From Podarcis gaigeae (Eukaryota), in assembly GCA_964106915.2 (NCBI GenBank), contig OZ066914.1: a DNA stretch of 64,000 bases, one strand, 5' to 3'. How positions within the stretch are numbered: the first letter of the stretch is position 1; the number at the start of each line of letters is the position of its first letter. Below are positions 59,009-64,000 of the stretch, piece by piece. The notes under the pieces are model-generated. The model saw only the letters and a list, made by a program, of their open reading frames with translations. It did not search any database and was not told where the DNA came from. A program made the translations under genes and the position numbers.

Positions 59009-62000
59009 GTGAGGAAAGGGCGAGAAGAGGAGGCAGGAGACGCCTCAGTGCATGGGATACCGCTTGCCAGGCCTAGCGCCTTCCCAGCAGCCATAGAATC
59101 GTAGGGAAGGGGCCGTGAGGGTAATCGAGGCCAACCCCAACCCTGCAATGCAGGAATTTCAAGGAAGGCATCCAAAGTGATCCGTAAAGGTAAAGGGACC
59201 CCCCACCATTAGGTCCAGTTGTGACCGACTGGGGGGTTGCGGTGCTCATCTCGCTTTATTGGCCGAGGGAGCCGGCGTACAGCTTCCGGGTCATGTGGCC
59301 AGCATGACTAAGCTGCTTCTGGCGAACCAGAGCAGCGCACGGAAACGCCCTTTACCTTCCTGCTGGAGCGGTACCTGTTTATCTACTTGCACTTTGACGT
59401 GCTTTTGAACTGCTAGGTTGGCGGGAGCAGGGACCGAGCAACGGGAGCTCACCCCGTTGCGGGGATTCAAACCTCCGACCTTCTGATTGGCAAGTCCTAG
59501 GCTCTGTGGTTTAAGCCCCAGCGCCACCCGCATACTTCTGCTTAAAAACCTGTGGCACACTTTTAACCGGCATTTGAATTCTAACTGATTTTTTTATGCA
59601 ACAAAATGATTGTCTAGTCGTGGGGCAGAAGAAAAAATGCTTGGGTGATTGTTTGCTGTTTCTGCCAACAGATTTGCGATCTGAAAAAGGGAAGACCGAT
59701 GAGAATATAGAAACAAGCATTTTAGGTAAGCTGCTCATGTCGCTTTATTTTGGAATAATGGCTGTTCATTTTAGGCTAATAGGGCTGGGGGATGTATCAA
59801 TATATTGTCCAAAATTGATTTGAACTGAAAGAGGGACACGGCAGGGATGCCCCCTATCACCACTTTAATAGCTTTAAGGAAAGATGAAAAAATAAAGGGC
59901 ATAAACCTTGAAACATAGTGTTTTAAAGTAAAAGCATTTGCGGATGATGTAATTATAACAACTGAAACACCAACAGAAAATATTCAGTAAGCATTAATAA
60001 AAATGAAAGAATTTGGCGATGTATCAGGATTTGAATAAAGACAAGTGAAAATTATTAACAAAAAATATGGGGGAGAAAGATAGAAATGAGTTAAGAGAGA
60101 ACAACAGGATTAAAAATAGAAAACAAGGTAAATTATTTAGGGGTATGGATTACAAATAAAAACACGGATTTATTTAATGACAATTACGTTAAAAATGGAA
60201 GGAAATTAAAGGGAATATAGAAAAATGGAACAAATTACAATTATCATTAGGGGGGAGAGTATCAATGATTAAAATGGTGATATTACAAAAATCCTATTTT
60301 TATTTCAAACTATCCCAATAATAATTGGGACAAAGTATTTCATAAGCTGGCAAAGAGACCTTGACAATTTCATATGGCAGGGGAAGAAAGCCAGAATAAA
60401 ATCAGAAATAATGATGGGATCAATCAGAAATAATGATGGGATCAAAAGAAAGTTGGGGATTTGCAGTCCCAGACTTAAGAAGATATTTCGAAGCAGCGTG
60501 CTGGAACTGGTTGAAGAAGTGGATATTATTAAAAGATACTGAAGTTTTAAAGTTAGAAGGTTGGGACAAAATATATGGTTGGCACGGATATCTATTTTAT
60601 GGGAAGATACAACTACATAAAGGATTCATTTAGTAAGAAAGGCCCCATTTGAGGTATGGGAGAGAACGAAAGAGAGAATTACAGAAAAAACCCCATGGTG
60701 GATCTCTCCACTAGAGGCAACCTCGACACTAAAAAATAATATAAAAACTATCTGGCCAACATATAGATAATTAGCAGAAGAAACAAATGGAAACACTAAA
60801 TAAAAAAATTATGAAGAACTCAAAACTGGGAATAAATTGGCTAGAATATTTCCAATTAAAGGCAACGTATGAGAAAGATATAAAGACTAGGGGATTTGAA
60901 AACAAAAGTAATCAAAAAACACTTAAAAAAATGTACAGATTGTTAGAAAAAGTACCTTCAGATCAAGAGGTACAAGGAGAGAACATACTAAAGTGGGAAC
61001 GGGACCTAGGCTATACAATCGATTGGAAGACTGGAATTTTTTTTGGGGGGGGGGGAAATATAAACTTTACAGTCTGCAATTCATTGAGGGAGAATTACAT
61101 GAAGATCCACAACAGATGGTATTTGGCTCCAGATAGATTATCAAAAATGAATAGAGCGAACAGTAACAACTCAATGGATTATTACTTTCCATAGATCAGA
61201 CACAAAAATGCTAGTTTTGTTCTAACCATAATGAAAATTACAACATTCTGCACACATATAATGCAAACATGTTTCACTCAATATACTTAATTCTGAGTAA
61301 ACATTCGTAGGGTTGTATTGTAATTGTCATTTTGCTAGTTTACTTCTATTCCGGATTTTATCTTTATTCTACAGTGGAGTTGATGCATCGCTCCTGTGGC
61401 CAAATTAAAATTGTATTCCAGGTTTTCACTTTGTTTCTCTTCCCTAAGGATTTTGGAGTCTACTTGTTCTATCCTTGATGAGTGGACTTTCATGTTGCAG
61501 TTTTTCTTGGACAGTGACCTATTTTGATTCCTTTGAACCGGGAATGTTTCCTCCTACTCCACTCTCACCTGCACGATTCAAGTGAGTTCCTTCTTCGTAA
61601 GACTGAAATACGACCAGATACGGGGCTTAGTAAACCACTATAATAGATATGTAAGGAACAGCTTGTTACCACCGTATTTTTCGCACCATAGGACGCACTT
61701 TTTCCCCTCCAAAAATGAAGGGGAAATGTGTGTGTGTCCTATGGTGCGAATGCAGGCTTTCGCTGAAGCCTGGAGAGTGAGAGGGGTCGGTGCGCACCGA
61801 CCCCTCACGCTCTCCAGGCTTCGCACACCTCTCCGCAAGCAGCGGGAGCCCAGCGCTGGGCTCCCGCTGCTTGTGGAGACTTGCCTGCATGCTGAAGCCT
61901 GCGCGCGCTGAGCTCAGCGCACCCAGGCTTCGCGGACCTCTCCGCAAGCAGCGGGAGCGCTCCCTCGGCTTGTGGAGACTTGCCTGTTTGGGGGCTGGGG

Positions 62001-62902
62001 TCGGGGGAAGCTCGAGCTGCCCCCGCCCCAGCCCCGCGCCTGGGGGAAAAATAATTCCCCCCTTTATTTCCCCCCCCCCAAAAAAATGGGTGCGCCCTAT
62101 GGTGCGAAAAATACGTAAATATGCTGGTGCTGTTACAACTTCATATTCGAGGAAACAAATTTATGCCAACTAGTGTTGGACTAGTCACCAGGACAGAGTC
62201 CATGGTGACTAGCTAGAGTACAATAATTCTATGTTTTTAGTTGAGAAATGCAATATTACCATAAACTGTTATACATGATAGGATGTAAAATAGGTTTAAT
62301 TTGTTATGTTGTATGTTAAGGACAGTTTTGTTGCCTTGTATTCACAAAATACAAAGAATGTGTTCTTTCTGAGACTTCACATTAAACAATTTTACAAGTT
62401 AGCCAGCAGGGTGTGTCCTATCATAAGTTTTCATATCTTATATAAAGTCCTTTTACCTTTACTTTAGTATTCCTGAAACAATTTTAAGTCAAGGTAAAAA
62501 ATAATTAAAACCATGATCTACAATATATACAGTGAACTACCCCCCCCCCAAATTACCAATATTTATTGCTTTCTGTATGTAGAATATTTTGAATATACTC
62601 CCATTTCTCTGTGTTTTTGCTGTTTGTGGGAGTTTTATTGAAGGGAATTGGTAATAATCTGCTATACTTTGGCTTCTTCAGGCTTTCTATTGTGGTAATG
62701 AAATAATTTTTCATTTTTGGAATAGGACTATGACTAGGATTATAAAGTTTTAATTTTAGCTTTTGTAATGTTCTTGTTACCTACATACTGGTTTTCTGCT
62801 TTTTTCAGGCGAATGACTGGGCACTCCTTTCACATGGGCTATAGTATGGCCATACTGAATGGAATAGTGGCAGCTCTTGCCCTAGTATGGTGTCTCCTTT
62901 AG
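58699..62902 (+). CDS. ARL6IP6: ADP-ribosylation factor-like protein 6-interacting protein 6; 4 exons, 196 aa, membrane protein
   Basis: join(58699-59008,59672-59725,61449-61581,62809-62902) = 591 nt. Kozak GCCATGG. Conserved [31 protein letters not shown] and [21 protein letters not shown]. Head-to-head with PRPF40A as in other amniotes. Confidence 0.95.
59184..59531 (-). mobile_element. Sauria SINE, near full length
   Basis: (ACCTTT)n tail seen as gtaaaggtaaaggg, body gggtcatgtggccagcatgact, tRNA-like head with A/B boxes at the right end. Confidence 0.9.
59672..59725 (+). CDS. ARL6IP6: ARL6IP6 exon 2 ([18 protein letters not shown])
   Basis: acag acceptor, gtaagc donor, 54 nt, phase 1-1. 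Confidence 0.9.
59825..61170 (+). mobile_element. L1/Tx1-clade LINE ORF2 fragment (decayed)
   Basis: [20 protein letters not shown] and [10 protein letters not shown] remnants; A-rich strand; many stops. Confidence 0.88.
61449..61581 (+). CDS. ARL6IP6: ARL6IP6 exon 3 ([10 protein letters not shown]...SPARF)
   Basis: taag acceptor, gtgagt donor, 133 nt. Confidence 0.94.
61672..62115. mobile_element. Mariner/pogo-type non-autonomous DNA transposon, CpG-rich
   Basis: TIRs cgtatttttcgcaccataggacgcac / gtgcgccctatggtgcgaaaaatacg; internal direct repeats near 61815 and 61922. Confidence 0.85.
62809..62902 (+). CDS. ARL6IP6: ARL6IP6 exon 4 CDS ([10 protein letters not shown]...LVWCLL*)
   Basis: ttcag acceptor, TAG at 62900-62902. 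Confidence 0.94.
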
Positions 62903-63181
62903 TCTGTACTGAGAACTTTCTCATAGAGAGACAGCTTTCTAGACGACGCTTGAAGCTGCCTTCACACAAACAAACCATCCATGTGTTCAGTATACTTGCC
63001 TCAATCTCTGTTTTAATATGCTTTCTCCAAAATGATGCCAAATGTTTTAGGAAGCAGCTGGAGGCATTTCTAAAACAAACCAACTGGTGGAGACAGATTA
63101 ACAAGGAAAGGAGGTGTATACAAAATGTCCAGCTGCATGAAATGATTGCAGCATTTTCAAAAGACTTCATGAGGCAACCAC

Positions 63182-63700
63182 CATAGGCGCCGACTCCATG
63201 GGGCCTGAGGGGGCCCGAGCCCCCTCAAAAATTTGTTTGGGGGGGCTCTGCCCCCCCAATAATTTAAGAAAATTATTAGTTATATTATGCTTTGTAAAAT
63301 CACAAAATTATGTTGGTATTTTTTATTTTCCTTGTTTGACGATAGTTACCTTTTAAAATACATTCAGTAATGAGTTAAAACAAAGCCACTCCCGATCTAG
63401 AGAGGGGGTGGGGTTGCGGGCTCTCGACCCATCAACAATCTCGCGGGGCTGGCGTCAGCCCCGCGAGAAGCGGGGATTCCCCCTAGCTCATTAATATTCA
63501 CCGCCCACGGCGGCAGCCAATCGGCTGCCGCAAAGGGCAGGCCCTCACAGGTTCACTTAAGGTCGGGGCAGCCCGGGGCTCGCCCCTTTCGTTCCCCCAG
63601 CAGCAGCGGTTTGGAGGTCTTGGGCCCCCCCAATATTTTTTATAAGTCGGTATGGGCCCCTGCCCCCCCCCCCAATATTTTTTATAAGTCGGCGCCCCTG
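63182..63700. mobile_element. Non-autonomous DNA transposon downstream of the ARL6IP6 stop
   Basis: TIR-like cataggcgccgact / agtcggcgcccctg; duplicated subterminal gcccccccaatattttttataagtcgg; CpG-rich. Confidence 0.7.
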
Positions 63701-64000
63701 GATTGTTGCTGATAAAATGCTCAAAATAGCCACTGGATTAATAATAATTGCCATTATTCTATTATACCATTCAGTGAACTTTCAGGTTTGGTTTTGACAT
63801 GCTGCACACTTAGCAACAAAATTGGGGGGGGGGTAGGTTTGAATCACATCAGTTGTGCTCATTCGATTTCAGAGGATTTACACTAACTTAATTTCATTTG
63901 GGAGAAGGGGACAGCATCGAAAGGAGAGACCCTGCAATTTCACTCAATTTCCACTATGGGATTTACTTTGTTCCTAGACTTAAAAGGACAGGGATTGTAG

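Noticed and set aside
60433-61194. 66-aa and 135-aa ORFs
   Set aside because: Decayed L1-like ORF2 pieces.

Overview
Vertebrate genomic DNA, very probably a squamate and most likely a lacertid lizard, judged from the Sauria SINE, tRNA-Lys/CR1 SINE, BovB and Penelope repeats. It covers the conserved FMNL2 - PRPF40A - ARL6IP6 cluster. The 3' half of FMNL2 (+; 13 shared coding exons plus two alternative C-terminal exons; its 5' part lies upstream of the window) runs tail-to-tail into a complete PRPF40A (-; 26 coding exons, 3060 nt CDS, 1019 aa). PRPF40A shares a CpG-island bidirectional promoter with a complete ARL6IP6 CDS (+; 4 exons, 196 aa). All exon boundaries were read by hand and checked for reading-frame phase. 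There are two assembly gaps (15227-15355, 21251-21422). The most notable observation is a TSD-flanked palindromic Penelope-like insertion in a PRPF40A intron that carries a minimal hammerhead-ribozyme motif on each strand. Other notable items: a Kolobok-like TIR hairpin in the FMNL2 3'UTR, an RBFOX/QKI motif-flanked alternative C-terminal region of FMNL2 with extra candidate exons, a GC-AG intron, three PRPF40A microexons and a BovB copy lacking its YADD motif. Gene and repeat names come from recognition of sequence, not from database searches.
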